Notes: a model not told the origin generated them from the letters alone. Positions 30,958-42,567 are shown, counted from the stretch's first letter. The stretch: DNA of 64,000 nucleotides from an uncultured Candidatus Saccharibacteria bacterium (GCA_964390845.1 CAYMIL010000002.1:33885-97884); one strand, 5' to 3'. Program-made: numbers and translations.

Positions 30958-31200
30958 ATGGCTAGGACTTGCGCAATCACAAAACGAGGTTCAATTGTAG
31001 GAGGCGGATACAGCAACCGCACTCGTGCAACGCAGTTTAACCCTACAGGGAAGGTCCGCAAATACATCAATCTCAAGCGGAAGAAAATTTACGTGCCTGA
31101 GCTCAAGAAGCACGTTGTATTGACCGTCTCCACTCGAGCGCTCAAGACCATCAACAAGAACGGTGCATTCTCAACTCTCAAGAAAGCAGGACTCATTTAA
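30958..31200 (+). CDS. rpmB: 50S ribosomal protein L28
   Basis: MARTCAITKRGSIVGGGYSNRTRATQFNPTGKVRKY... ; start trimmed. Confidence 0.8.
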   Translation: MARTCAITKRGSIVGGGYSNRTRATQFNPTGKVRKYINLKRKKIYVPELKKHVVLTVSTRALKTINKNGAFSTLKKAGLI

Positions 31201-31206
31201 AAAAAA

Positions 31207-31241
31207 TAACCGCTCGGCAAATGCCGGGCGGTTATTTTTTT
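31207..31241 (+). terminator. rho-independent terminator after rpmB
   Basis: TAACCGCTCGGCA aat GCCGGGCGGTTA + T7. Confidence 0.6.
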
Positions 31242-32089
31242 GCCCATTGTAGACCATCAGACTCAAACACAATTCTCCCCTCTGCATACGTACCAAACAC
31301 TTGGACGCCAAAAGAGCGCAATCTGTCTACAACTATCGGCGACGGGTGGCCATATGAATTCTTTTTACCAGCCGAAATGACTGCATACATGGGCGAGACA
31401 GCCTGTAGAAATTCATCACTTGTTGATGTTTTCGACCCATGATGGCCGACCTTGAGAATGTCGCTGTCGAGCATATCGGCATCAAGACCGACGAGGTGTT
31501 TTTCTGTTTTCTCCGGAGCATCACCCGTAAGCATCATCGTCGTGCTGCCATACACAAGCTTTGCGACAATCGAGCCGTCGTTTGTAGACAAAGCCGATGG
31601 ATCAGTATCTGGAAAAAGCACAAGAAGATGCACACCCTCATCAAGAACAATATCCATGCCCCTACGCGCGAGAACTCGACGAGAACCCTCTGCAACAACG
31701 AGCCTTTCTAACTGTGCATACGTCGCACTATCTGAAACAGTGCCCGGCTCTAGAACGAGCGACACGTCGTATCGCCGTAGCACATCGATAAACCCTCCAA
31801 TATGATCCTTGTCCGGATTAGTTACCATAAGCACATCAATAGTATGGTCAAAAAACGACATCTGCGAACGCAGTTGTGCCAATACCTTAGCAGAAGAACC
31901 ACCATCGATAAGAATCTGGCGTCCATGTGGCGTTTCTATAAAAATAGCGTCCCCCTGCCCCACATCAAGTACGGCGACACTGAGTACACCTCTGCCATCA
32001 AGACGCACGAGAGCGCACACTGAGACGATGTATACACACAGACATAGCGCGGTCGCAGAAAGTAGTGGAAATGTAAGCAGGTATTTCAT
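31232..32089 (-). CDS. ComEC/Rec2-associated MBL-fold metallo-hydrolase (ComEC C-terminal domain as a separate ORF)
   Basis: VLDVGQGDAIFIETPHGRQILIDGG and HHGS motifs typical of the ComEC beta-lactamase-like domain; N-terminal signal/TM. Confidence 0.7.
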   Translation of the reverse strand: MKYLLTFPLLSATALCLCVYIVSVCALVRLDGRGVLSVAVLDVGQGDAIFIETPHGRQILIDGGSSAKVLAQLRSQMSFFDHTIDVLMVTNPDKDHIGGFIDVLRRYDVSLVLEPGTVSDSATYAQLERLVVAEGSRRVLARRGMDIVLDEGVHLLVLFPDTDPSALSTNDGSIVAKLVYGSTTMMLTGDAPEKTEKHLVGLDADMLDSDILKVGHHGSKTSTSDEFLQAVSPMYAVISAGKKNSYGHPSPIVVDRLRSFGVQVFGTYAEGRIVFESDGLQWAKK

Positions 32090-32111
32090 AAGTTTGATAT
32101 AGTATGCGCAT

Positions 32112-32711
32112 ATGAAACCATACACCGAACACACATTTTCGATTCCTGAACTTGCAGGAATTTCGAAAAAAAATATTGAAGAGCATCTTAAGCTCTACGC
32201 GGGCTACGTAAAAAGCGTAAACACCATTTTTAGCAAGATTGAAGAACTACGTACCGATAGTGAAAAAAACGCGTACGTACTAGGCGAGCTTCAACGACGA
32301 CTCGGATTTGAATTTGATGGTATGCGCAATCATGAATACTATTTCAAAAGCCTCGAAGGTGGAGCTACCGCTCTCGCTGAAGGATCACTCAAGCAGGCAC
32401 TTGAAGCACAATTTGGTAGTGTTGACGCGTGGATGAACACGTTTTCAGCACTCGCCCTCACTCGAGGTGTCGGTTGGGCGATACTGTACTGGGATCATCA
32501 GACGGAGCAATTTGTGCACACATGGGTAGAAGAACAGCATCTCGGCCACCTCGTCGGCCTTCAGCCGGTGCTCGCGCTCGATATGTGGGAACACGCATAC
32601 GTCTACGACTACCCAACATCTGAAAAGAAAAAATATATCGCGGCATTTTTTGCAAATCTTAACTGGTCCGTTGTTGAACAAAACTTCGCCGACGCACAAA
32701 CTCGATCATAA
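32112..32711 (+). CDS. sod: Fe/Mn-family superoxide dismutase
   Basis: C-terminal DMWEHAYVYDY signature (DxWEHAYY) and 199 aa length. Confidence 0.8.
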   Translation: MKPYTEHTFSIPELAGISKKNIEEHLKLYAGYVKSVNTIFSKIEELRTDSEKNAYVLGELQRRLGFEFDGMRNHEYYFKSLEGGATALAEGSLKQALEAQFGSVDAWMNTFSALALTRGVGWAILYWDHQTEQFVHTWVEEQHLGHLVGLQPVLALDMWEHAYVYDYPTSEKKKYIAAFFANLNWSVVEQNFADAQTRS

Positions 32712-34167
32712 ACACAACATAAAACACAACAACAAGCCACGCGGAGATGCGTGGCACTGTTGTATATGCATACGGCACTGACGCACCAAACTCAACAACG
32801 ACAAGCGCATACCGCAACAACATATATGCGCCCAAGCCGATCATTGTAGAGCATATCGGCAAAAGAAAACCAACAACACCCGCGAGAAAACTAAGACCCA
32901 TCGCGGAAGGTATGAGTGGCGGCACAAGAACATTTGTGACCAAAGAGATAAACGACACCATACCTGTCATATATACAAGCATCGGGAACAAAAAACACTG
33001 CGTCGCAAGTGTCGTTGCAACGCATGCGCGCAGACCAAACTTCTCTGGAATAATACTAAGGCGCGATTCAAAAAAAGGAACACATGCAACAAGAGCAAAT
33101 GTTGCCATGCACGATAATTGAAATGATGGGTCGGAGATGAGGATGAGTGGGTTGTGCAAGACCATCACCGTAGCGGCAATGGCAAGCGCGCGGAGTAAAT
33201 CATATTCCCTGCCATATGCCCGAGCAACAAGAGCGATGCACGCCATAATGGACGCGCGCACGACAGTAGCGCCACTGCCCGTTACAATTGCGAAGACGAT
33301 AATACCGAACACCCCACCGAGAACGCCCGAAGGTTTCGGGAGAAATGAAAACATTTTTATAATACACTCCGCGACAATAGTAACGTTGTAACCAGAAAGT
33401 ACGACGATATGCACCAAGCCCACCTGACGAAACTTTTCTTGCAAATCCTTACCCAGCGACTGTTTTGTCCCAAGGAGAATTCCTCCCGCAAGCGCGGACT
33501 CTGGAGATGGAATGGCGTATTCTATACGGGCAATAAATGCTTGCTTTGCATACAGCAGTGCACGACGCAGAAATGATCCGTGTCCGCGAGATAATAGAGA
33601 AAATGTGGGATTGTCTACATAATACCCAACATTATCTTTTTCTAGATACGCGCGATAATCGAACACTCGCCCCGTGTCAGTTTCAAAATTTTCTGGCAAC
33701 TGCAGAAGACCCGAGAGGCGGACTTCATCGCCGTACAAAAACTCTGTATCGGTATACGGCGCCACCACAAGTATATCGTGGCGGTACCCCTCAAGTGTGG
33801 TGTTGTTGTAAAGATGTGGCGTTACCATGAGACGCACATGTGTCTCGCGCCTATCTGGCTCTTCTGAAACAACACCAACAATATCGACCACCTCCCCCAC
33901 GGCATGCACCAAAGCATCGTGTGCCCGATATGAAAGTGTGTATGCATGGCGCGCTACGCCAACACACACACTACACAAGCACACACCCATAAGAAAGACG
34001 CGCGGATGTGCTCGATACACATACGTACACACCGCACAACAACACGCGAGGAACATCGCCGCATATCCAGATACGATGTGAAACAGCACAGTGTTGAGCG
34101 CAACACCACATAAAAAACCAGCAACACTTGTATACAACACCCTTGAAGGCATACGCCCAGTATGCAC
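32659..34167 (-). CDS. comEC: ComEC/Rec2 DNA internalization channel (membrane competence domain)
   Basis: Polytopic membrane protein, LVHIVVLSGYNVTIVAECI competence-domain motif; lacks the MBL domain, which sits in a separate downstream ORF. Confidence 0.75.
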   Translation of the reverse strand: MHTGRMPSRVLYTSVAGFLCGVALNTVLFHIVSGYAAMFLACCCAVCTYVYRAHPRVFLMGVCLCSVCVGVARHAYTLSYRAHDALVHAVGEVVDIVGVVSEEPDRRETHVRLMVTPHLYNNTTLEGYRHDILVVAPYTDTEFLYGDEVRLSGLLQLPENFETDTGRVFDYRAYLEKDNVGYYVDNPTFSLLSRGHGSFLRRALLYAKQAFIARIEYAIPSPESALAGGILLGTKQSLGKDLQEKFRQVGLVHIVVLSGYNVTIVAECIIKMFSFLPKPSGVLGGVFGIIVFAIVTGSGATVVRASIMACIALVARAYGREYDLLRALAIAATVMVLHNPLILISDPSFQLSCMATFALVACVPFFESRLSIIPEKFGLRACVATTLATQCFLFPMLVYMTGMVSFISLVTNVLVPPLIPSAMGLSFLAGVVGFLLPICSTMIGLGAYMLLRYALVVVEFGASVPYAYTTVPRISAWLVVVFYVVFMIEFVRRRSFVQQRTS

Positions 34168-34224
34168 ATACGCGATACATTTTTTCTAAAGAGAACATAA
34201 AAGACTGTTATACTAAAAGTACAC

Positions 34225-34701
34225 ATGAAAAAGAATTCATCGGGGTTATCTATCGTGGAAATTATCGTGAGTGTCGCCATCCTCTCTCTATTTGCAACAA
34301 TTAGTTTGTATTCTTTTTTTGCACTAAGCCGTCGTAGTGCGCTCGACACAAGTGCAACCATCGTAAAATCTGTACTCACTGAAGCGCGTTCAAAAACACT
34401 CGCGGGAGAAAGTGGCACTCGATACGGTGTGTATTTTTCCTCCTCATCAGTCACCACCTTCTCTGGAACGTCATACACAGCAAACGCATCGGGAAATGTT
34501 GTTAGCCCCCTTCAATCAGGTGTCACCATTTCAAATGTCTCACTCGCTGGAGGTGGCGCATGCTCAAGCTCATCATGCAACATCATCTTCAACCGTCTCA
34601 CTGGCGAGACATCACTTGCAGGGACAAGCACCGTAACACTTCGCGGGCAAGATGGCGCAACAACGAGCGTTACAATTTTCGGCACAGGTATTGTAGAATA
34701 A
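34225..34701 (+). CDS. type IV pilin-like / pseudopilin (prepilin N-terminal motif G|LSIVE)
   Basis: MKKNSSG-LSIVEIIVSVAIL: class III signal peptide with Gly at -1 and Glu at +5. Confidence 0.75.
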   Translation: MKKNSSGLSIVEIIVSVAILSLFATISLYSFFALSRRSALDTSATIVKSVLTEARSKTLAGESGTRYGVYFSSSSVTTFSGTSYTANASGNVVSPLQSGVTISNVSLAGGGACSSSSCNIIFNRLTGETSLAGTSTVTLRGQDGATTSVTIFGTGIVE

Positions 34702-34706
34702 CTATC

Positions 34707-35189
34707 ATGAACGCACGCAAAGGTATGGTTCTTGCAGAAGCACTTGTTGGCGCATCCGTGCTGATTGTGTTTATCTCCGCACTCGTGCTTGCGCAACGCA
34801 TCTTTATCGCGCAGTCATCGATGTCTATCGACAAAACACAGTCTGCACTCCTTGCAGAAGAAGGTATCGAGGTTGCAAAGTTTTTGCGTGATGAAAACTG
34901 GGCAAATATCGCCTGCGCAAGCACAACCTGTGGTCCCTACGGCCTCCAGTGGGATACGACGTGGTCAACAACCACATCCGCCGAAATTATCGACGAAAAA
35001 TTTTATCGCACCCTCACTATCGACCGCGTCTGTCGTAACAACAGCACATTTGCCATAGCATCATCATGTTCTGGTGCTGTTACCAACGATCCAAACACCA
35101 AAAAGGTAACCATTTCCGTATCGTGGTCGCGCAACAACGCGACAACAACAAAAACGATGGCGACATATCTCACCAACTTCCATGAATAA
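34707..35189 (+). CDS. type IV pilin-like / pseudopilin (G|MVLAE)
   Basis: MNARKG-MVLAEALVGASVLIV; start trimmed from longer ORF. Confidence 0.7.
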   Translation: MNARKGMVLAEALVGASVLIVFISALVLAQRIFIAQSSMSIDKTQSALLAEEGIEVAKFLRDENWANIACASTTCGPYGLQWDTTWSTTTSAEIIDEKFYRTLTIDRVCRNNSTFAIASSCSGAVTNDPNTKKVTISVSWSRNNATTTKTMATYLTNFHE

Positions 35190-35694
35190 GCACAGAGGAT
35201 TTAGCTTGGCAGAAATGATTGTGTACGTCGCGCTCGTAGCGATGCTCCTCTTTATCGTTATCAACATTCTCATTGTGGGGCTCAACATGTATCGACGCTT
35301 TGATGCGGCGCGCAATGTGCAGGATGCGGCAATTGCTGTAATCGAGCGGGTCGTATCCGAATCTCGCAACGCATCAATGATCAGTGTCGAGGCATCTGGC
35401 GTCGACAGCAGTGGCCAAAACGCTCTCGTTATGTACAACGAAAACGATGCTCGGTTGGCACAATTCACCATTGGCACCGATGGTATCATTCGGCTCTACA
35501 ACAGTAGCGGAAACCTCGTTGGCCCCCTTACTCCAAAGGATGTAACCGCTGCGGGGTCGTATTTCCTCATTGCATCAAGCACTTCTGGTACGCCACTGGC
35601 GCGCGTGATCCTCATTCTTCGTTCAGGCGAAGGAGAGACAGAGCGCACAGAAAATTTTTACACATCTGTCGTGCCTCGCGGTTCATATAAATAA
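35182..35694 (+). CDS. type IV pilin-like / pseudopilin (G|FSLAE)
   Basis: MNKHRG-FSLAEMIVYVALV; 8-nt overlap with upstream pilin (translational coupling). Confidence 0.75.
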   Translation: MNKHRGFSLAEMIVYVALVAMLLFIVINILIVGLNMYRRFDAARNVQDAAIAVIERVVSESRNASMISVEASGVDSSGQNALVMYNENDARLAQFTIGTDGIIRLYNSSGNLVGPLTPKDVTAAGSYFLIASSTSGTPLARVILILRSGEGETERTENFYTSVVPRGSYK

Positions 35695-35699
35695 ACACC

Positions 35700-37718
35700 A
35701 TGCGTTCCCTTTTTAAACACATACACAACACACGCGGAGGATACGTTGTACTCACAGCGGCCCTTTGTTTTATCGCAGTATCACTCACTATTATTTTTGG
35801 TATTGTGTCGCCGGCAATCGCACAGGTAAAAAATTCTTCTCGTTCGTTTGTGTCGCGCGAAAGCTATTTTCTCGCTGAGGCAGGAGTCGAAGATGCAGTG
35901 TACCAGTTCAAAAACGGATACACCCCAACATCAGGACAGCTCAGTATCAATGGCGAAACTGTAGCTGTCACCATAGCAACAGGTAACGGCTCGACCACCA
36001 TCACCGCGACAGGTGATAAAAACAACACCGAGCGAAAGGTAGAAGCTGAGCTCGTTGGCGACACCGGTGCTATTTTCAACAATGCCGTATTCTCTGGTAA
36101 TGGTGGTTTTAGCATCACCGGCGGATCACAGATTATCGGTAGCGTATATTCCAACGGCGACATCATCGGTGGTGGTGGTTCTTCGATTTCACAAAATGCT
36201 GTCTCTGCAACGCTTGTAAGCCCATCAGTCAACCAATCAAACGGCACCGTCTTCCCTCCTGCGTACGGCATTAGCTTTGGAAGCAACGTTGCCCCACAAG
36301 ATGTCGCGCAAAGTTTCCAAGTTTCCACATCAACAGCGATAACCGCGATCCGTCTGTATATCAAAAAGAGCACAAGCGGATGGATGAACGACATCACCTT
36401 GCGCATCATGAGCAACAACTCGGGCACAGGAAACCCAGGCACAACAAGTATCGCATCCGTTAATATTCCCGCATCGCAGATTTCTACATCATACGGTTAC
36501 CTCGCAGTAACCCTTCCAACAGCGCCCACACTCACACCAGGTACAACATACTGGATCGTCCTTGATACAGGCTCAACCTACGGAGCGTCATACACCATTG
36601 GCGCGGCGAGTGCGTCATACGCAAATGGCCTCGCGAAAGTTGGAACATACAATAGTAGCTGGTCCAACACATCTCCATCTGGACTCGATGCATATTTCGA
36701 CATTGTTGTCGGTGGCGACCCGGGCGTCATTTCTGGCTTAAGTATTGGCGGTGATGCGTGGGCGTACAATGTTGCAAACTCGTCTATTTCAGGAACAGCG
36801 TATTGCCAGATTGGCTCCGGCAACAACAAGTCCTGCAACACGACGCGGACAGACCCAAGCCCTGTCGGCTTCCCCATCTCCGACACAAATGTCACAACAT
36901 GGAAAGCAGGTGTTACCTCAGCAATTTCTCCGGCAATTACTGGCGGATGGACATACACAGGCAATCTCACTATCGGATACCAGGGCACCACAACTTCAAC
37001 ACTCAAGAAAGTAAACGGAAATCTTACGCTCTCTTGCTCAAGCGCTCCCGCAACATTTGGAGATTTGTGGGTTACCGGAAACGTGACGATTGGTAGTGGT
37101 TGTATCTTTAACGCAAATCAGGTAAAAATCGATGGCTCATTCAACGCGGGTTCTGGCCAAGGCAACATCGGCGCGCTTGAGGTGGTGGGAAATATTAGCA
37201 TCACAAGCGGAAACACATTGACCGCTGGGCCGATTAAAGTCGGTGGCGATCTCACTGTCGGCTCCACAGCGCTTGTCCTCAAGGGCACCCTGTGGACCGT
37301 CGGTAAAATTACTGTACAAAGCGGAGCGGCTGTGAGACTCCACTCATCCTACGGTACTCAACCAGGTGTCATCGTTGTCGACGGACGTGTCGACCTCGGA
37401 GGCGGCGGATCATTCTCTGGTTCTGGACAAACAGGAAGCTACCCTGTGCTTGTATCCCTCAGTACGTGTCCGACAGGTACCGGCTGTAGTAGCAACAACG
37501 CTATCCAAATGAGTGGAGGCGCGGGAGCAATTCTCCTTATTGCACAAAACGGAACAGTGAGCATGACCGGTGGAACAGCGGCGAAGGCGCTTATCGGAAA
37601 ACAAGTGGTTCTTTCAAACGGTGCTCGAGTAACATACGACAACAACCTCATCAATCTTGATTTCCAAAGCGGTCCTGCAGATGGCTATGACATCGGACTC
37701 TGGAAAGAAGTTGAGTAG
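35700..37718 (+). CDS. large pilus-associated protein (672 aa): N-terminal TM/pilin-like anchor lacking Glu+5, beta-helix-like Gly/Thr-rich repeats
   Basis: Follows three pilins; repeats such as GNVTIGSGCIFNANQVKIDGSFNAGSGQGNIGALEVVGNISITSGN suggest a parallel beta-helix. Confidence 0.5.
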   Translation: MRSLFKHIHNTRGGYVVLTAALCFIAVSLTIIFGIVSPAIAQVKNSSRSFVSRESYFLAEAGVEDAVYQFKNGYTPTSGQLSINGETVAVTIATGNGSTTITATGDKNNTERKVEAELVGDTGAIFNNAVFSGNGGFSITGGSQIIGSVYSNGDIIGGGGSSISQNAVSATLVSPSVNQSNGTVFPPAYGISFGSNVAPQDVAQSFQVSTSTAITAIRLYIKKSTSGWMNDITLRIMSNNSGTGNPGTTSIASVNIPASQISTSYGYLAVTLPTAPTLTPGTTYWIVLDTGSTYGASYTIGAASASYANGLAKVGTYNSSWSNTSPSGLDAYFDIVVGGDPGVISGLSIGGDAWAYNVANSSISGTAYCQIGSGNNKSCNTTRTDPSPVGFPISDTNVTTWKAGVTSAISPAITGGWTYTGNLTIGYQGTTTSTLKKVNGNLTLSCSSAPATFGDLWVTGNVTIGSGCIFNANQVKIDGSFNAGSGQGNIGALEVVGNISITSGNTLTAGPIKVGGDLTVGSTALVLKGTLWTVGKITVQSGAAVRLHSSYGTQPGVIVVDGRVDLGGGGSFSGSGQTGSYPVLVSLSTCPTGTGCSSNNAIQMSGGAGAILLIAQNGTVSMTGGTAAKALIGKQVVLSNGARVTYDNNLINLDFQSGPADGYDIGLWKEVE

Positions 37719-37728
37719 TCTCGAGAAA

Positions 37729-38451
37729 TTATGAAAATGAGGCGATAATCTCCTGCTCCTCTGAAGCGGACAATGCCTTTTTAAAACGTGCGCCGGCAAC
37801 GCCTTTGACGCGGCGCTCGCATTCGGCCCACGTCGCGTGAGTCTCTATCACTCCCCCAACCGCGCTCACATACGAATACGCCTGCGCGCGTGAGCGAGCG
37901 CCGCGCCCACTTTTTTCCCTTTGTCGTTTCTCCACGCGCCCTGTATCTGCAACTGTCTCAGAAAGATCAACTGTGTACTGCGCTCGCGCACCAGAAAAAA
38001 GCTCCACGGCTTTCCCCTCGGCATACGATGAGGCAATTTCATCAACACGCTCATTGCCTGGGATACCGACGTGACCGCCAACATGTTTCCATTCAATCCG
38101 TGCCGAGCGCTCTTCAATAAGCGCACTCAGTGTTTCCCACAAATCCCGATTCACCACGTCCTTTTTTTGTATAGTCTTCCAATTTCTTCGACGCCAATTT
38201 TCAAGCCACGATGTAATACCCGAGATAACATACGAGGAATCCGTGTGCACAACAACACATCCAGGGATAGTGCGCAGTTCTTCAAATGCACGGATTACTG
38301 CCGTAAGCTCCATGCGGTTGTTTGTAGTGTGGTCTTCCCGACCACCACGCTCTACTACCTGCGCTCCATACGCAACAATAGCGCCCCAGCCACCTGGCCC
38401 TGGGTTTCCCTTAGACGCACCATCGCTCCATACAACAATATGACCAGTCAT
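37729..38451 (-). CDS. rnhA: ribonuclease HI with C-terminal hybrid-binding (Cauli_VI-like) domain
   Basis: SDGASKGNPGPGGWG, TNNRMEL, HTDSSY, HVGIPGNERVD RNase H motifs; C-terminal YSYVSAVGGVIETHATWAECERRVKGVAGARFKKALSASEEQEII matches the HBD consensus. Confidence 0.85.
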   Translation of the reverse strand: MTGHIVVWSDGASKGNPGPGGWGAIVAYGAQVVERGGREDHTTNNRMELTAVIRAFEELRTIPGCVVVHTDSSYVISGITSWLENWRRRNWKTIQKKDVVNRDLWETLSALIEERSARIEWKHVGGHVGIPGNERVDEIASSYAEGKAVELFSGARAQYTVDLSETVADTGRVEKRQREKSGRGARSRAQAYSYVSAVGGVIETHATWAECERRVKGVAGARFKKALSASEEQEIIASFS

Positions 38452-38454
38452 CCG

Positions 38455-40185
38455 CTATACAATAATATCTACAATCCTCAAACGCAATTCTGGAAAATTT
38501 CTAAACATAGATTTCTCAAGTGTGCCAACAAGATTGATACTCATGCCCGCACGCACCGCAGACTTTTGTTCTGAAGAAGCAAAAAAGGCTATTGCTGAAA
38601 CTGGTTTGCCCGACGCCGTAGCAAGTTTGAGCTCAAGATGATTTTTTTCTTTACCAAACATCTTACTTTCTCCGACAACTACACGCTCAAACAAGAAAAG
38701 TGGTTTAGGGTTGCCAACACCAAACGGCGCGAGGCGCTCAACGAGTTTGTATGTATCCCAATTTACGTCATTGATTGAAAGCCGTCTGTCGATGAGGACT
38801 TTTTCTGGCTCGCGAGATGCATGATGAGCGGTGATACGCTCGTACGCCGAAACAATCGCATCTTCAAGCGTATGGATATGCTCATGAGAAACAGCGAAGC
38901 CTCCAGACATCGCATGACCACCAAATGTAACAAATGAGTCTTTTGTCGCCTCCATAAGCTCCACAACGCTTACTGTGCCGTCAGAACGACACGACCCTCG
39001 TATGAGCTCGCCACCTTCTCGCCCCCACAAAAATACCGTGCATCCATAATCATTTTTGAGTGTGTTGGCCGCAAGACCAAGCAATGCGGGCTTCCAGTCT
39101 GGATTACCGATTACCAACACCCTCTTAAAAGTTCCATTATCAATACGCTCGGCAATTGTCTTTTTTATCTCCTTTACCATCGACGCAACAATTCCCTTTC
39201 GTTCATTGTTGATGCCATCCAAATGCGTTGAGAGTTCGTCAGCCTCAAGCTCATCGCGCGTTGAAAGAAGTCTAAATGCATCGCGCGGAATACCCATACG
39301 TGACGCCGCGTTTATGCGCGGTGAAATCATAAAGCCAATATCATCTTCGTTGACATGACGTTGGTTTGTTTTTGCGGCACGTAACAATTTCATAAGCCCG
39401 ATACGTGGAGAGATGCGCAATACTTTAAGTCCATAATATGCAAAGACGCGATTCTCACCAACAAGTGGCACCATATCAGAAAGAGTTGCAATACCGACCA
39501 TATCAAGGAGCCACTTTTCCCATCCGTTAGGAATATTTTTTACGATATCTCGCTGACGCGCGGTATACATAAGCGCCTGCACAAATTTGAAAATGACACC
39601 TGCACCACAGAGTATTTTTTCTGGATACTGACACGTTGCTTGTTTTGGATTTACAATCGCATACGCGGGCGGAAGCTCCGAACCTGGCTCATGATGATCG
39701 GTGATGATAACGTCCATACCGAGCTCAACAGCTCTGCGTACCGGTGCAACATCTGCGATACCGCAATCTATCGTGATAACAAGCGCGGTACCTCGCTTGG
39801 CAAACTCTTCAATTGCCGGAATATTAAGGCCGAAACCCTCATCATGGCGATGTGGAATATAATTTTCGAAATGTTCAAAACCAATTTTCTTAAAAAAATC
39901 ATGCAACACCACAGCACCCGGAATACCATCTGCATCATAATCACTAAAAATTACCACCCGCTCCTTGCTTTCAATTGCCTTAAGTACGCGTTCGACAGCC
40001 CGCTCCATATCTTTCATTCGATACGGGTGATGGTTGTCTCGATCGTAATTTGGATTGAGAAATTGCTCGGCGTCTTCGGCGCGAGTGATACCGCGGGCCG
40101 TGAGAAGATCACGTAAGAGCTCCGGATACCCATTCAAACTATCTCCCGATGTCTGAACAGAGTAATCTCGAAGCGCGTAGTTCAT
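38455..40185 (-). CDS. recJ: single-stranded-DNA-specific exonuclease RecJ
   Basis: DHH motifs (FSDYDADG, ITDHH) and DHHA1 domain. Confidence 0.85.
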   Translation of the reverse strand: MNYALRDYSVQTSGDSLNGYPELLRDLLTARGITRAEDAEQFLNPNYDRDNHHPYRMKDMERAVERVLKAIESKERVVIFSDYDADGIPGAVVLHDFFKKIGFEHFENYIPHRHDEGFGLNIPAIEEFAKRGTALVITIDCGIADVAPVRRAVELGMDVIITDHHEPGSELPPAYAIVNPKQATCQYPEKILCGAGVIFKFVQALMYTARQRDIVKNIPNGWEKWLLDMVGIATLSDMVPLVGENRVFAYYGLKVLRISPRIGLMKLLRAAKTNQRHVNEDDIGFMISPRINAASRMGIPRDAFRLLSTRDELEADELSTHLDGINNERKGIVASMVKEIKKTIAERIDNGTFKRVLVIGNPDWKPALLGLAANTLKNDYGCTVFLWGREGGELIRGSCRSDGTVSVVELMEATKDSFVTFGGHAMSGGFAVSHEHIHTLEDAIVSAYERITAHHASREPEKVLIDRRLSINDVNWDTYKLVERLAPFGVGNPKPLFLFERVVVGESKMFGKEKNHLELKLATASGKPVSAIAFFASSEQKSAVRAGMSINLVGTLEKSMFRNFPELRLRIVDIIV

Positions 40186-40223
40186 GTGTTCATTGTATCA
40201 CGTACCGCAGAGTACCATGCTAG

Positions 40224-41740
<1,517 letters not shown>

Positions 41741-41754
<14 letters not shown>

Positions 41755-42517
41755 TGGCAGTTATGTTGATAATGTCTGCAAATGCAACCTTATCGAGACT
41801 CTGGCGCCCCACAAGAAAACCATCAACAGCACCCTGCTCCATGATGTCCCCCGCATTAATAGGCGCCACAGAACCGCCGTAGAGAATATAGACATCGGCA
41901 GACTCTTCTTTACCGTACATGTCAGCAAGGACTTTTCGAATAAAAATAGACATGTGCTGAATGTCCGCCCCAGACATCGCTTCAGAAAAACTTTTACCAA
42001 TAGCCCACACAGGCTCATACGCAATCACAAGCCCAGAGAGCATTCGCTTTGGAACACGCGCGAGAGATTCTTTTATTTGGTTTTTTACAACCTCAAGATA
42101 CGCACCATGCTCATCGCGTGTTTGTTCACCAATACACACAACCGTTGCGATTCCAGCTTTCAGTGCAGCGAATGCCTTCTTTGACACCATATCATCAGTT
42201 TCACCGCGCGCGCGACGCTCCGAATGACCGACAATTACATACGATGCGCCAAGGGAAGCAAGCATTGAGGCGCTCACGTCGCCCGTAAACGAGCCCGCAT
42301 CCTCCCAAAACACATCCTGCGCACCAAGATAGAGAGGCTTTTTAAACCGAGTACACGCCGAAAGGAACGGAAATGGCGGACACACAACAACATCCACACC
42401 ACGCACCTTTTGCATCACTCGCTTTACCGATGCAACAAGCGCTCGAGTTTCTTCAAGCGTCTGCGGATTCATCTTCCAGTTCCCCACAACTAGCTTTCTG
42501 CGTTTTCCGTTTTTCAT
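41741..42517 (-). CDS. tpiA: triosephosphate isomerase
   Basis: VVGNWKMN, AYEPVWAIG, YGGSV motifs. Confidence 0.92.
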
Positions 42518-42567
42518 GTCACTATTTTACCACACCGCACACACCTCACTGCACACGACAAAGGGTA

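Noticed and set aside
34560-34706. Upstream extension of the second pseudopilin ORF (starting at 34560)
   Set aside because: Extension overlaps the first pilin gene. The prepilin signal MNARKG|MVLAE defines the true start at 34707.
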